Virus record (IMG/VR): IMGVR_UViG_3300027708_001637 | Origin: a virus | DNA: 64,000 nt | Reading direction: 5' to 3' (one strand) | In this document: piece after piece, positions 28,601-37,155 of the stretch | How the letters are laid out: the number at the start of each line of letters is the position of its first letter | Position numbering within the stretch: the stretch's first letter is position 1 | The notes under the pieces: generated by a model | The model's database searches: none | The model's input: the letters and a program-made list of their open reading frames with translations, nothing else | What the model was told of the DNA's origin: nothing | Position numbers and translations under genes: made by a program

Positions 28601-28790
28601 CATTGACACTTAATTTGGCGCCGCTTTGAGCACTGGTGTATCCAAGGTCAAGATTACCGCTGGTATCTAATCTAAAATATTCAGTATTATTGGCACTAAA
28701 TGTGATAGGCAAACTGATGACATTAAACGTGCCAGTAGTGATTGCTCCAGCAGAGTTTTCTATAAACGTTAAATTACTAGCAATTGACAT
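22674..28790 (-). CDS. Second giant Cys-rich fibre (2038 aa): 17-aa repeats, two collagen-like Gly-X-Gln segments and an S74 chaperone
   Basis: Same repeat as 16027..22563. QGAQGLQGVQG tracts. C-terminus SDAAVK...LRGVKFNWK...YGVIAQELEKILPELV. Confidence 0.85.
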   Translation of the reverse strand: MSIASNLTFIENSAGAITTGTFNVISLPITFSANNTEYFRLDTSGNLDLGYTSAQSGAKLSVNGGIFVNGTVTATTFNNVIITQPASTSTLTLGSGTALNHPASLTFPTVNATTASWVLAMSSTPNTLQYQAPGTGPQGSTGAQGAQGQAGAQGAQGLQGVQGNQGLQGVQGSSGTGTQGVQGAQGLQGVQGNQGLQGVQGNQGLQGVQGNQGLQGVQGTQGQVGAQGSQGVQGAPGVGAQGSQGVVSLNAQCSVYIGGGGTSANTSSLSNIAIGCCSMFAVTSGCNNFAIGINSLQNNTTGNNNTAIGISSLKNNNTGAYNTAIGNNALCGNTYGNNNVAIGFNSLLCNTTGSCNTAIGLCALNRNLYGAYNVGIGQYTLFYNNTGCNNVAIGYQALYCNTTNYNTAIGASTLRNNTTGNFNTAIGANALTSNTTGCANTAIGQSALYCNSYGLYNVAIGYTASYYNNTGCYNVSLGVNSLFANISGNNNVAIGAQTLYCNTTGNNTAIGNYALRSNTLGTYNVALGSTALYNNSTGSCNVAIGTSALYCNTTGIGNTAIGLCALYNNSTGCYNTADGVYALINNTTGCNNIAQGYKALNSNTTGSGNIAIGICSGCLITTGYNNTIIGSLPAAAGCVCTLLLGAGTCERIRVDNNGLYVNNTLVNTSGVSAATPTTLGTVFGYTTGNGNTSIGCCAGNTTSTGSNNIAIGCLALFSNTTGSNNDAVGYAALCGNTIGVGNFASGCAALAANTIGSYNFAQGYNALRNNTTGCTNVAIGPFALCANTSGCNNVAIGCSSLTKNTTGSNNIAIGCFAMCSNTTGCGNIALGSGALYNNTIGTNNFAAGPNALCGNTTGFNNIAIGSYALKSGGSNNIAFGASALYGTTGGTDNFAAGANALQSNTSGCNNVGVGNNALNCNTSGCANVAIGVMALKNNTIGNNNNAQGYNALKCNTYGNNNNAKGYKSLCSNTTGCNNTAFGCFSLSANTTGISNTAIGFGSLRTNTYGNHNTAVGCGALGSNTSGCFNTAIGCSALRLNTTGNSNTAIGYGTLYSNTYGNNNTAVGCSALGSNTTGNSNTAIGICALRFNTTGCANIAIGQYALAANTYGNNNTAFGSSALSANTIGSDNTAIGNNALSANTTGSSNVAIGNLALNSNTTGKSNFAIGCFALQSNTYGSHNIAIGCASLNSNRTGCHNTAIGCNALGNNTAGNNNTAFGNYSLVNNSVGSDNISIGQCAQRCNTIGSNNISFGSRALYGNTTGANNIAIGSNAGYAITTGANNTIIGSLNAAAACVCTVLIGAGTCERIRVDNSGLYVNNVLVGSGAQGSVGAQGSQGQVGAQGAQGLQGFQGVQGNQGLQGVQGSPGTGSQGVQGAQGTQGFQGVQGSPGTGSQGVQGAQGTQGFQGVQGSSGTGSQGVQGAQGLQGFQGVQGSQGQAGAQGAQGLQGFQGVQGAAGTGTQGVQGAQGVVSLNAQCSVYIGGGGTNASSSSCGNIAIGCCSMFAITGGCHNFAVGISSLQSNITGINNTAIGLNSLKNNNASNNIAIGISALLTNTYGANNIAFGNNALQANTTGCNNVAIGSTALYYNTFGCNNIALGFGALQNNTIGCGNIAQGYCALGSNTSGCNNVAIGCFALKSNISGVNNISIGQYSLCANTIGNNNSAQGYRALNCNTLGSNNKAVGCCSLYKNTTGSNNTAIGYNTLAGNTTGSNNVAIGPFALCSNLYGNDNTAIGCFALWKNTSGCSNLAIGLSALGNNSSGNHNTAIGCNALFNNTTGSSNIAIGCNSLCRNSYGNNNTALGQCSLIANTTGCHNIAIGCNALNCNTTGSNNIAIGTLAGQYSDGSNNTIIGSLPAAAGCVCTVLIGAGTCERIRVDNSGLYVNNTLVSTSGGATISDNTTTNSDYFPLFSTTSSGTLSAINVSTTKLKYNPSTGQLTVVELNSTSDAAVKTNIAIIDNPIEILQQLRGVKFNWKESGRRSYGVIAQELEKILPELVGNDANNYKTVSYLPLIGFLIEAVKQQQLQITALQSKLS
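24380..24810 (-). repeat. Collagen-like (G-X-Q)n coding repeat including three tandem 69-bp units
   Basis: CCAGTACCAG recurs at 24541, 24610 and 24679. The unit encodes SPGTGSQGVQGAQGTQGFQGVQG. Confidence 0.9.
28060..28385 (-). repeat. Collagen-like (G-X-Q)n coding repeat with 27-bp tandem units (QGNQGLQGV)
   Basis: CCTTGAAGTCCTTGGTTACCTTGAAC is repeated in tandem at about 28146-28225. Confidence 0.88.
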
Positions 28791-28826
28791 CAGTGCATCC
28801 TAAACAGTAGTGTATTTATTATAAAA

Positions 28827-31800
28827 TTAAGCCTGTGCTTCTCCCCAACGTAGAACTAAGTTTGTTTGTAAACTTGGTCCAGATGTTAGGTATACATTGA
28901 TAAACAATGTGTCGGGCCCATTTGGATAACAACCTCTACCACCTAAGGGAGTATTTGTAAGTTCTTTTAATGCTGACAAGTCCAAAGAATCTTTGTTGGC
29001 AGGACTGGAAATAAACGAGAAAATAGTTTCTCCAGGAACTGCCCAAGAATTTCTATAACCCGTAATTCTTGTTCCACTAGTAACGAGACTTAAAATTGGT
29101 TGTGTTAAAGTAATAGTACCAGCACCAATACTTTGAATTAAACTGTTTCCAGCAACACCTGCACCTGCTGCGGATATAGTAACAACAGCATCGCCAATGG
29201 CCATACTGGCAGTACTATTAACTTGCAATACATAGGTTCCTGTCGAAGCATCGCTACTCAATTGTGTGCTATAACTAGCAGCACCATCAAAATTGATAGA
29301 GCTTGATGGAGCAATTTGAGTAAAACTTGGTTGTCCAGAACCTAATATATTACCACCTTGCACTGAACCATTCAAACTGTACCAAGTAATATTGGTAACT
29401 GTATTTGGAAAATTACTTGGGTTAATTACACCTTCAATTACAATCGCTTGGTTAGCCGATGCTGCACCAGCAGTGTTTTCAATTGATTGTAACAACAATT
29501 GAGAACGGTTAATCAAGTCCCTAACTCCTAAATCACCTACTGTAGCATTACTAACACTGGGTGCTAAACGAATAGCAAACGCTGTAGTTTTTTTAGTAGA
29601 CACAGTAATGTTTGGTGCTTGATAACTGAAAATGTAGCCACGATCTTGATCAAATCCGCCATCTGTTAGGAATGCACTTCCCCAATGACTAATAGTTGGA
29701 GTAGCAGTTTGGCTTGCTAATATAACTCCAGTACCAGCTGTATGAGTAGCAGCAGATCCAGCGGTATAATTTTGTACTGCGCCAATTACCCAAGGGGTTA
29801 ATGCACTGGCACGGGTCAATCCGTTAAGTGTATTTGTGGCGGTAGTCTTACTAGTATAACTAATCAATTCATTATCAACATATACAGTACCAGTGCTAGG
29901 AAAAAATGCAACATTGGTCAATGTCATCGCAGTAGTACCAACTGCATCCATTGCTACCGCTAAAGAATCCTTGGCGCCTTCATTGATAACTTCGTATCTT
30001 ACAGGTTGGTTTCCTGAACGCATATATGCTTCTGTATTAATGTTACTGTTTTTCATACGGTGCACAGTAATGTATTTGCCCTCTGGGCCGCGCAACATCC
30101 AATCAATAAATCCTGCTCCATACCAAGTCCATTGTAAACCAATCATCTGCAATTTCCAAGGTAATAAATTGTATCCACTAGGATTATAAACACCCCCAGT
30201 CCCGTCGCAACGATCAACGTTCCACTGACTTTGTGGAACTATAATATCTTGAGTACGAACCATTTTAGCGCCGTTTGTTGATGTACTCCCGCGGTAGTCA
30301 GGATTAACAGTCATATAAGTTGCACTGGTAATTGATGTTACTACGTGACTCATACCTTTGATAACAACACGATCGCCTGCATATAGTTGATTTTGAAATT
30401 GTGTGTAGTTTCCAACAATTAAATTAATATCGGGCGTGACTGATACAGTACCTGCTGTTTGAAATGTACTAGATCTTTGACCAATTGCCATTTGTATCCC
30501 ATCATATTGCCAATACATTCCATTTTGATCATCATACGTACCAGCACGAATAGTAGCACCGTGCCAACTTGTATGGTATATATAGCAGCCTACCCCAAAT
30601 GCTCCATTGGTGGAACCCAAAGTTGTCGATGCCGTTACTGTAAAAGTACGTTCATCAGTTATTGATACCACTGTATATACCCCATTATATCCAGCGGTAG
30701 TAACACCTGCAACCCCCATTACTGCGCCAGCTTGTAATCCGTGATCCAAGTCGTCTGTAACTATAGTAATAGTACTTCCTGGCGTTGTACCTGATGCAGT
30801 TATACTGCGAATATTGTAATTTGGAGCAAAAAGAGCCGCAGTATTATAGTTAATAGCCTTACCAGATTGATAACGTATGTATTTTTTACTCATACGAACT
30901 GCTTGCGATGAATAGTTTGGTCCGCCTGCTCCCAAACTTACACCACCGTCAAATGGCCTATGTTGATAAAAAGCATCTGATCTACCATATATTACACCAG
31001 TTACTGTTCCCGTAATGGTGCCAGTGTTTCTAGCAAGATATGTCAATGTTGTCAGCGATGGAACTGATTGAATATAAAACGGACCTTGACATAAGATGTT
31101 GTTATTTGTCCCGCTATCGCTAGTAATTGCTGCGTAAATACTTTGTCCAGGAACTAAGCCGTGATTTTGAGCAAATGTAACTGTCACTGTTCCAGTAGTG
31201 GTAGCACCGCTGCCAGATACAGAAAAGGTAGTTGTGCCAATAGCAGCACCAGTATAAAATCCTCCCCTACGAACAATAGTATAGCTAGTGGATATATTTG
31301 TATTAGTCGTTGTGCCAACTTGTGCTCTAGCATAATAATTAAATGACATAGAAGATGGTACTGCGTTAACAACAAATGAACCTTGCGCTCGAGCCGCACC
31401 AGTTACTGTTGTATCTAAATTTTGTACAGTAATAGCAGTGCCTGTTGAAAAATTATGTGGATTTTGTGTAGTGACTGTGATTAAACTTTCTACCTTTGTG
31501 TTTAAGCCGCCACCACTGGCATCAGTAATCATGGATGTTACATTCAAATCAGTTCCAGGTATTTCATAAATGCCAGGATACCCACGGGCAGTACTGATAG
31601 TTTGCCATTTGGTAGGCTGTAATCCATATTCAAAGTCAGCATCAAGCATACTTTGCGGAGTAGATGTGCGGGTACGCTCAAAAGCATCTGTCCCCATTTC
31701 CCAAGGGCGGGTAACAACAGCACCGTCACCCCGCTCAGTGAATACTTGCAAGATATCAGAACTTGTCATTCCGGTAGTATTATACCCCAAAGTAATAGTG

Positions 31801-32033
31801 GTCACGCCATCAGTATTTTGCAAAGCCTGCGGAAATTGTGTTGTATTTGCTCGATTGAAACTCACGGTGGTACCCACATAGCTCAAATCAGCAAAATTAT
31901 AAATTATTGTGTTGCGTGTGACATTGGTAATGATCAATATTTGACTTAAATCATAAAATCCAGGAATTTGTACCGTTCCAGCACCTGCTGCGCCAGGCGT
32001 AAACACATAACTTCTTACTAATTGCTTTGCCAT
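28827..32033 (-). CDS. Virion structural / fibre-associated protein (1068 aa)
   Basis: Thr/Gly/Ser-rich beta protein with DADFEYGLQPTKW and YIRYQSGK motifs I associate with T4-like aquatic phage structural proteins. Confidence 0.6.
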   Translation of the reverse strand: MAKQLVRSYVFTPGAAGAGTVQIPGFYDLSQILIITNVTRNTIIYNFADLSYVGTTVSFNRANTTQFPQALQNTDGVTTITLGYNTTGMTSSDILQVFTERGDGAVVTRPWEMGTDAFERTRTSTPQSMLDADFEYGLQPTKWQTISTARGYPGIYEIPGTDLNVTSMITDASGGGLNTKVESLITVTTQNPHNFSTGTAITVQNLDTTVTGAARAQGSFVVNAVPSSMSFNYYARAQVGTTTNTNISTSYTIVRRGGFYTGAAIGTTTFSVSGSGATTTGTVTVTFAQNHGLVPGQSIYAAITSDSGTNNNILCQGPFYIQSVPSLTTLTYLARNTGTITGTVTGVIYGRSDAFYQHRPFDGGVSLGAGGPNYSSQAVRMSKKYIRYQSGKAINYNTAALFAPNYNIRSITASGTTPGSTITIVTDDLDHGLQAGAVMGVAGVTTAGYNGVYTVVSITDERTFTVTASTTLGSTNGAFGVGCYIYHTSWHGATIRAGTYDDQNGMYWQYDGIQMAIGQRSSTFQTAGTVSVTPDINLIVGNYTQFQNQLYAGDRVVIKGMSHVVTSITSATYMTVNPDYRGSTSTNGAKMVRTQDIIVPQSQWNVDRCDGTGGVYNPSGYNLLPWKLQMIGLQWTWYGAGFIDWMLRGPEGKYITVHRMKNSNINTEAYMRSGNQPVRYEVINEGAKDSLAVAMDAVGTTAMTLTNVAFFPSTGTVYVDNELISYTSKTTATNTLNGLTRASALTPWVIGAVQNYTAGSAATHTAGTGVILASQTATPTISHWGSAFLTDGGFDQDRGYIFSYQAPNITVSTKKTTAFAIRLAPSVSNATVGDLGVRDLINRSQLLLQSIENTAGAASANQAIVIEGVINPSNFPNTVTNITWYSLNGSVQGGNILGSGQPSFTQIAPSSSINFDGAASYSTQLSSDASTGTYVLQVNSTASMAIGDAVVTISAAGAGVAGNSLIQSIGAGTITLTQPILSLVTSGTRITGYRNSWAVPGETIFSFISSPANKDSLDLSALKELTNTPLGGRGCYPNGPDTLFINVYLTSGPSLQTNLVLRWGEAQA

Positions 32034-32048
32034 TTTATTCTTTATCCT

Positions 32049-35000
32049 TTACATAGCCATTGCTACAGCCATTGCTGTAGCGTAACTTTTAACATTTACA
32101 CCGCTTACTTGCAAATTGCCGGTGACATTTAATGTTCCATTTATTGTGCCACCACTACTACTTATCGCGTTGGCAATGCTCACTGAATTAAAACTAACCA
32201 CACCAATTACAGTTCCATTACTTGGAATACTGCCAAATATAATGCTTGTTCCATTGGTAGCACTATATGTAGTTGGCATTTGTAGTATGCCGTTTTGAAA
32301 TACCTGTACTGTTGCTGTATTATAATTGGTGGCAAATGTTGTGGTCGTTCCGTTACTAGTATACTGATTGAATATATAAGCCCGTTGGGCACTTACTGCG
32401 TATCCCTGTTGACTTACCACCTGCACAACGTCGCCACTGTTTCTAGGAGTTGATAACACAATAGTACTACCATTAGCGGTATAATCGCCCGCGGTGGCAC
32501 TTAAACTAATACCGTTAACAAATACTTGTTGCTGGCCAACTACATATCCGCCACTAATAGCAAATGTTGTCGAATTTGCTGAAGATATGAATGTTTGAAT
32601 AGTAGTTGGCAACAGTTGAGAACCGTTGGTATAAATGTTGGCGGCATACAAATTACCGCCAATTCCTACGCCGCCTGCTACAGTAAGTGCACCAGTGAGA
32701 GTACTGGTACTGCTGGCAGTGCTGGTTAAAATTATTCCGCCAGTTTTGAATGTACCATAGCTACCTTTAATAGTGCTGGTTGAATCTTCAATGCCACTGC
32801 CATACCACTCTAAATATTTTGAATCATTGGCCAGCACAAGTGCAGCATTTTGATCACCGGCACTATAGTAATGGAATCGTAGACCTATATCTTTGCCATC
32901 ATCTACAGTCCAAACGGTGCCAGTACTGGGATAGTGCAGTTCAAGAATGTTGTCAGTATATACAGTATTGGTTGATAATACATACGTGGTTGTGCCACTG
33001 AATGTGACACTGTTGTTGAACACTGCTGGGCCTGTTACATATAAGGACTGGCCAATTCCTACACCACCAGCCACATAAAGCGCATTGTTTTGAACACTAC
33101 CTGTGCTGGCCAATGTGCTTAATACGGTGGCGGTACCTTGAGCTTGTAAGTTTTGTACAGTTACTACTTGTGTGCCAGGATTGACCAAAAATGTACTGGT
33201 TGTGTACTCAGGCATATATACGCCAGTGGCATTATTTGCACTTACAAATACTGGGTAATATGAACCTGCAGAAATTTGTTGTGTGGTCAACACATTATTA
33301 GCATTGGTAGAAGTGCCTGCACTTAATCCACTTACTGCTTGCCAAGTTGCAGTGTTTATACCCGCAGTTAATACATAACCATTTGTACCCAAAGGAATAA
33401 ACGCCGTAGCACCAGCAGCAGTTTGCATTAGTATGCTACCTGTGGCGCCACCTGCAATGTTAGTAGCAGTTGTTGCAGTACCAGTCAATGCTCCAACAAA
33501 TGCTGTAGCTGTTACAATGCCGCCAACAAATAAACCACCGTTAATGCCAGCACCGCCTATAACTTGTAACGCACCTGAGTTAGTAGATGAGGCATTAGCA
33601 CTTCCAGTAACAATATGATTAGTTGATGTAACTGTGCCACCAACAAACAAACTGCCGCCAATACCAACACCACCAACAACTTGTAGGGCACCTGAATTGG
33701 TGCTTTGGGAATCAGTCGTATTAGTGGAGGTAAAAATACCACTTATTGTTTGACCGCCGTTGACTGCTAATTTTTCACCGTAATTGAACACGGTTGTGTT
33801 AATTCCCACACTACCAGAGAAATAGTTAGGTGCAGTACCAGACGAGTAAATGTTCCATTTGTTTACACCAGATGTAGCGGGAATTTGACTTGCAAATCCG
33901 TATACGTTTGTAGCAGTGATTGAACTTGGATCAGATGCTCTAAACCCAAAGTGGTTGGTAAAGCGTACATCAGCGGCAGCATTTCTACCAGGATTTTCGC
34001 TACTGAATCCATACCAAGATGTTACTGTGCCACTAGTTGCAGCAGCACTCATATCAATACGTGCAAACGCTCCATACATAGTTCCATATGTTGCAGTATT
34101 GGTTAGTGTTGGTAAGAACAACTGACCATAATAATTGGCAATAGTTGCAGTACTAACTGGTGCTAGAGTGTGTTGGTAATTGAACGCATAGATATTATTG
34201 GTAGTTGTTGTTCCAACCAATGTGCCAGTAGCCACAATAAATCCAGGTGTTGACTGAGTGTAGTTACCACTCATCAATATAGGATTATTTGACGTGCTGC
34301 CTAATGTTATTCCATTGTTAACTGTTGTGGTTCCTGAACCAAGCACCGGGCCGATGTTTATGTTGGTAGTGGATCCAGTAGTGCCATTAGTGCCAATGTT
34401 GACTGTTTTGGTAGAGGCTGAGGCAGTAGCACCACTAGCAATGCCCACTGCTTGAGCAGCAGTTGACTGGCCAATTGTTATGTTACCAGTGGCTGCTGTA
34501 CCACCTACACTTAACGCTCCTGATGATTGACCAGTATAGAAACTCAATGCACCAGTGCTGAGTCCCGTAAATAATGACGCAGCAGCACCACTCTGACCCA
34601 CGTTAATAGTATTGTTATATGTTGTGATATTTCTGCCAGCATAGATATCATAGTCAGTGTATAAGATATTGGTAGCACCTTTGACTCTAACTAAGCCATT
34701 TAAAATAATGTTGCTTGCAGATGTTTCTGGATTAACAAATGAGGCTTGAGTGTTGGTAGAATAACGATATATGGCTGTACTACCAACCATAAATGCATAA
34801 TTGGTTGCAGTATTGTTAATATATAGGCCCAGCATGGATCCATTTTGTAGCCCAACAAAAAATTTATCGTAGTATACTGCTGTAGTTACATCCCACGGGG
34901 TACTTAATCTATATTCTGATACGGAATCGTTAGTTGCGCCAAGAATATACATTCTTGTACCATTATTGTTAAAACTTAAACCTTGCGGACTAGTATCTTC

Positions 35001-36824
35001 AGCTGTAATATATTGTCTAGAATATACCACGGTACTGGTATTAACAACGTATGGTGTGGATAAGGTATATTGATATACCCTACGTACCGTAGTACCTATC
35101 ACATAAAAATTTCCACCAGTATTATCATAAGCACAGGCAGTAGGAGTGGCTTCAGCTGCTGGAATTCCTTGATCGCCAATGGCAAATCTTATTGAACTTA
35201 CTAGAGTGGCACTAGAAGGATCCCAAGGTGTTGCCAATGTAAAATAATAAGCCCTATCTTCACTAGCGGCGCTGCCAACAGTGGCATTGGCTACAGCAGT
35301 ATTACCAACAGTGACCATGCTGGTGCCGTCTGGGCTAAATGTAATTCCAGCAACGGCTGTATCAACTGCGGCCAGTGAGTAGGTTGTACCTGATGTAACT
35401 GATCCAGTTAATGTCCAAGGTGTGCCTAACGTCCATTGAAAAATAGCATTAGTTGATATACCAAACATTTTGGTACCATCTGGCTTAAAGAAAATGTCTT
35501 GATTAGTGACAGTTGATGTATAGGTTGACGTACTATCATATACCCAAGCTGCTACTGTATCTGAACTGGCAGAAATATTAGTTCGTTGAATATAGTGATT
35601 ACCGCTATATAAATCTCCCCCAATACCAACACCACCTACAACTTGTAACGCACCTGAGTTGGTTGAAGTTGCCGAAGTTGTCCCTGATAATGTTAATGTG
35701 TTATTATAAGTAGGAGCATTTATACCGTTACTTACTAATATATTGCCAGCAGTGCCTGTACTTACAAATGATGTTATACCTGGAGAACTTTGATAATGTA
35801 GTTGTCCAGGAGTTCCACTTGCAATATTTGATGCTGTTGTAATGCTACCAGAAAATGTTCCAGATATTGTACCACCAACAGTTAAATTACCGCCAATGCC
35901 TGCGCCGCCCGTAACAGTTAATGCACCTGTAGTAGTGCTACCAGAATTTGTGCTGGCAGCAATATTTAAAGAATTGGCAAAATAACTGTTACCAGTTACA
36001 CCAATACCGCCTTGTTGTATTACTAAAGCAGCATTTCCAGCACTGGTTGGGGCAAAGTAATTATTGACGACAGTGCCTTGATTAACTGCCGCGCTACTAT
36101 TTTGATTTAACGTTACTGTTGGAAAGAATAATAAATTTTGAGTCTGTGTATTTGCCGCAATTGCACTACTTAAAGTAACTGTTGGCACAAATGTTAATGC
36201 TGTGCCAGTTGATACGTTAGTGCTTGTATTGCTGATAGTTACTGATATGTTTGCAGTAATACCAGTAACATAAGTACCAGTAACAACTCCTGAACCTATA
36301 ACAATTTGATTAACTGCAACGTTTGTAGTTGTGCCTATGTACAAAGTATTAGTACCAATAGACGAGCCAGTAGAATTATAAGTTACTGGCAGGCCCGTAT
36401 TACTGATACTAGATACCAAAGTACCATAGGTAATACCAGTGCCACCAACACCAAAACTTGTTGACAGTCCATAAGTTGAAGTTAATGCAACTAAAGTTGA
36501 TGCTGTTGTGGCGGTATATGTTGGTTGATAAGTTGAAAATCCTGCAACAAAACTGGTTACAGTAGTGTTGGCAGCAATATTGGATCCAATGATCAAACCA
36601 CCAGTGCTTAGGTTAGCAGGAACTTGTGTCAAATATAATACTGTGCCAGCAGAGGATTGTGAATAACCAATAGTTAATGGCGCAACTAGACCTGCGATAC
36701 TGGCGGTATTGCCAACGTTTATAAGTCCAATATTAATGCCATCAGAATTTTGATAGGCCATTGTGCCCAAATCAGCGTTGCTGGGCAATTGATAAGGTTC
36801 TTGGCCTACTAACTTATATGTCAT
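32049..36824 (-). CDS. Tail fibre-like protein (1591 aa) with beta-propeller-like F.PDGT..Y...L.TPW repeats
   Basis: N-terminus LPSNADLGTMAYQ, four LxTP(W/Y) blades, GAL.V.GG.GI shaft repeats, and a C-terminal duplicated VFxNG domain. Confidence 0.7.
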   Translation of the reverse strand: MTYKLVGQEPYQLPSNADLGTMAYQNSDGINIGLINVGNTASIAGLVAPLTIGYSQSSAGTVLYLTQVPANLSTGGLIIGSNIAANTTVTSFVAGFSTYQPTYTATTASTLVALTSTYGLSTSFGVGGTGITYGTLVSSISNTGLPVTYNSTGSSIGTNTLYIGTTTNVAVNQIVIGSGVVTGTYVTGITANISVTISNTSTNVSTGTALTFVPTVTLSSAIAANTQTQNLLFFPTVTLNQNSSAAVNQGTVVNNYFAPTSAGNAALVIQQGGIGVTGNSYFANSLNIAASTNSGSTTTGALTVTGGAGIGGNLTVGGTISGTFSGSITTASNIASGTPGQLHYQSSPGITSFVSTGTAGNILVSNGINAPTYNNTLTLSGTTSATSTNSGALQVVGGVGIGGDLYSGNHYIQRTNISASSDTVAAWVYDSTSTYTSTVTNQDIFFKPDGTKMFGISTNAIFQWTLGTPWTLTGSVTSGTTYSLAAVDTAVAGITFSPDGTSMVTVGNTAVANATVGSAASEDRAYYFTLATPWDPSSATLVSSIRFAIGDQGIPAAEATPTACAYDNTGGNFYVIGTTVRRVYQYTLSTPYVVNTSTVVYSRQYITAEDTSPQGLSFNNNGTRMYILGATNDSVSEYRLSTPWDVTTAVYYDKFFVGLQNGSMLGLYINNTATNYAFMVGSTAIYRYSTNTQASFVNPETSASNIILNGLVRVKGATNILYTDYDIYAGRNITTYNNTINVGQSGAAASLFTGLSTGALSFYTGQSSGALSVGGTAATGNITIGQSTAAQAVGIASGATASASTKTVNIGTNGTTGSTTNINIGPVLGSGTTTVNNGITLGSTSNNPILMSGNYTQSTPGFIVATGTLVGTTTTNNIYAFNYQHTLAPVSTATIANYYGQLFLPTLTNTATYGTMYGAFARIDMSAAATSGTVTSWYGFSSENPGRNAAADVRFTNHFGFRASDPSSITATNVYGFASQIPATSGVNKWNIYSSGTAPNYFSGSVGINTTVFNYGEKLAVNGGQTISGIFTSTNTTDSQSTNSGALQVVGGVGIGGSLFVGGTVTSTNHIVTGSANASSTNSGALQVIGGAGINGGLFVGGIVTATAFVGALTGTATTATNIAGGATGSILMQTAAGATAFIPLGTNGYVLTAGINTATWQAVSGLSAGTSTNANNVLTTQQISAGSYYPVFVSANNATGVYMPEYTTSTFLVNPGTQVVTVQNLQAQGTATVLSTLASTGSVQNNALYVAGGVGIGQSLYVTGPAVFNNSVTFSGTTTYVLSTNTVYTDNILELHYPSTGTVWTVDDGKDIGLRFHYYSAGDQNAALVLANDSKYLEWYGSGIEDSTSTIKGSYGTFKTGGIILTSTASSTSTLTGALTVAGGVGIGGNLYAANIYTNGSQLLPTTIQTFISSANSTTFAISGGYVVGQQQVFVNGISLSATAGDYTANGSTIVLSTPRNSGDVVQVVSQQGYAVSAQRAYIFNQYTSNGTTTTFATNYNTATVQVFQNGILQMPTTYSATNGTSIIFGSIPSNGTVIGVVSFNSVSIANAISSSGGTINGTLNVTGNLQVSGVNVKSYATAMAVAMAM

Positions 36825-36837
36825 ATCCTATTCTCTA

Positions 36838-37152
36838 TTATGCCCAAACTCTATGTGGCGTTGCTGGAGCACTAATTAATGGTAATGCTGCCTGTTGTTG
36901 TTCTGTTAAATTACCACGTATATTGGCGTGAAAGCCTTCTATTGGATGATACTCAGGAAATGAAAATCCATTGTTGTCTAAGGTCATATTTCCTGTAGGT
37001 TTATAAATTGTACCAATGATATCCAACGCAATACCTTTTGGAACATTGAAAGTACTATTGTCAGGATTATTTACGGTCATTGCTAGATCCAAATTTAACA
37101 ATAATTCCCATAGTGTTTTTTCATCTGTTGTTTTTAAATAATAATCGTTCAT
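36838..37152 (-). CDS. Hypothetical protein, possible fibre-tip partner or assembly protein
   Basis: 104 aa ending in PATPHRVWA, directly downstream of the lectin-like fibre genes. Confidence 0.55.
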   Translation of the reverse strand: MNDYYLKTTDEKTLWELLLNLDLAMTVNNPDNSTFNVPKGIALDIIGTIYKPTGNMTLDNNGFSFPEYHPIEGFHANIRGNLTEQQQAALPLISAPATPHRVWA

Positions 37153-37155
37153 ATT

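Noticed and set aside
16027-28790. Cys excess as a sign of genetic-code reassignment
   Set aside because: TGT/TGC encode canonical Zn-ligand CxxC motifs in 2408..2743, and all core genes translate intact with the standard code.
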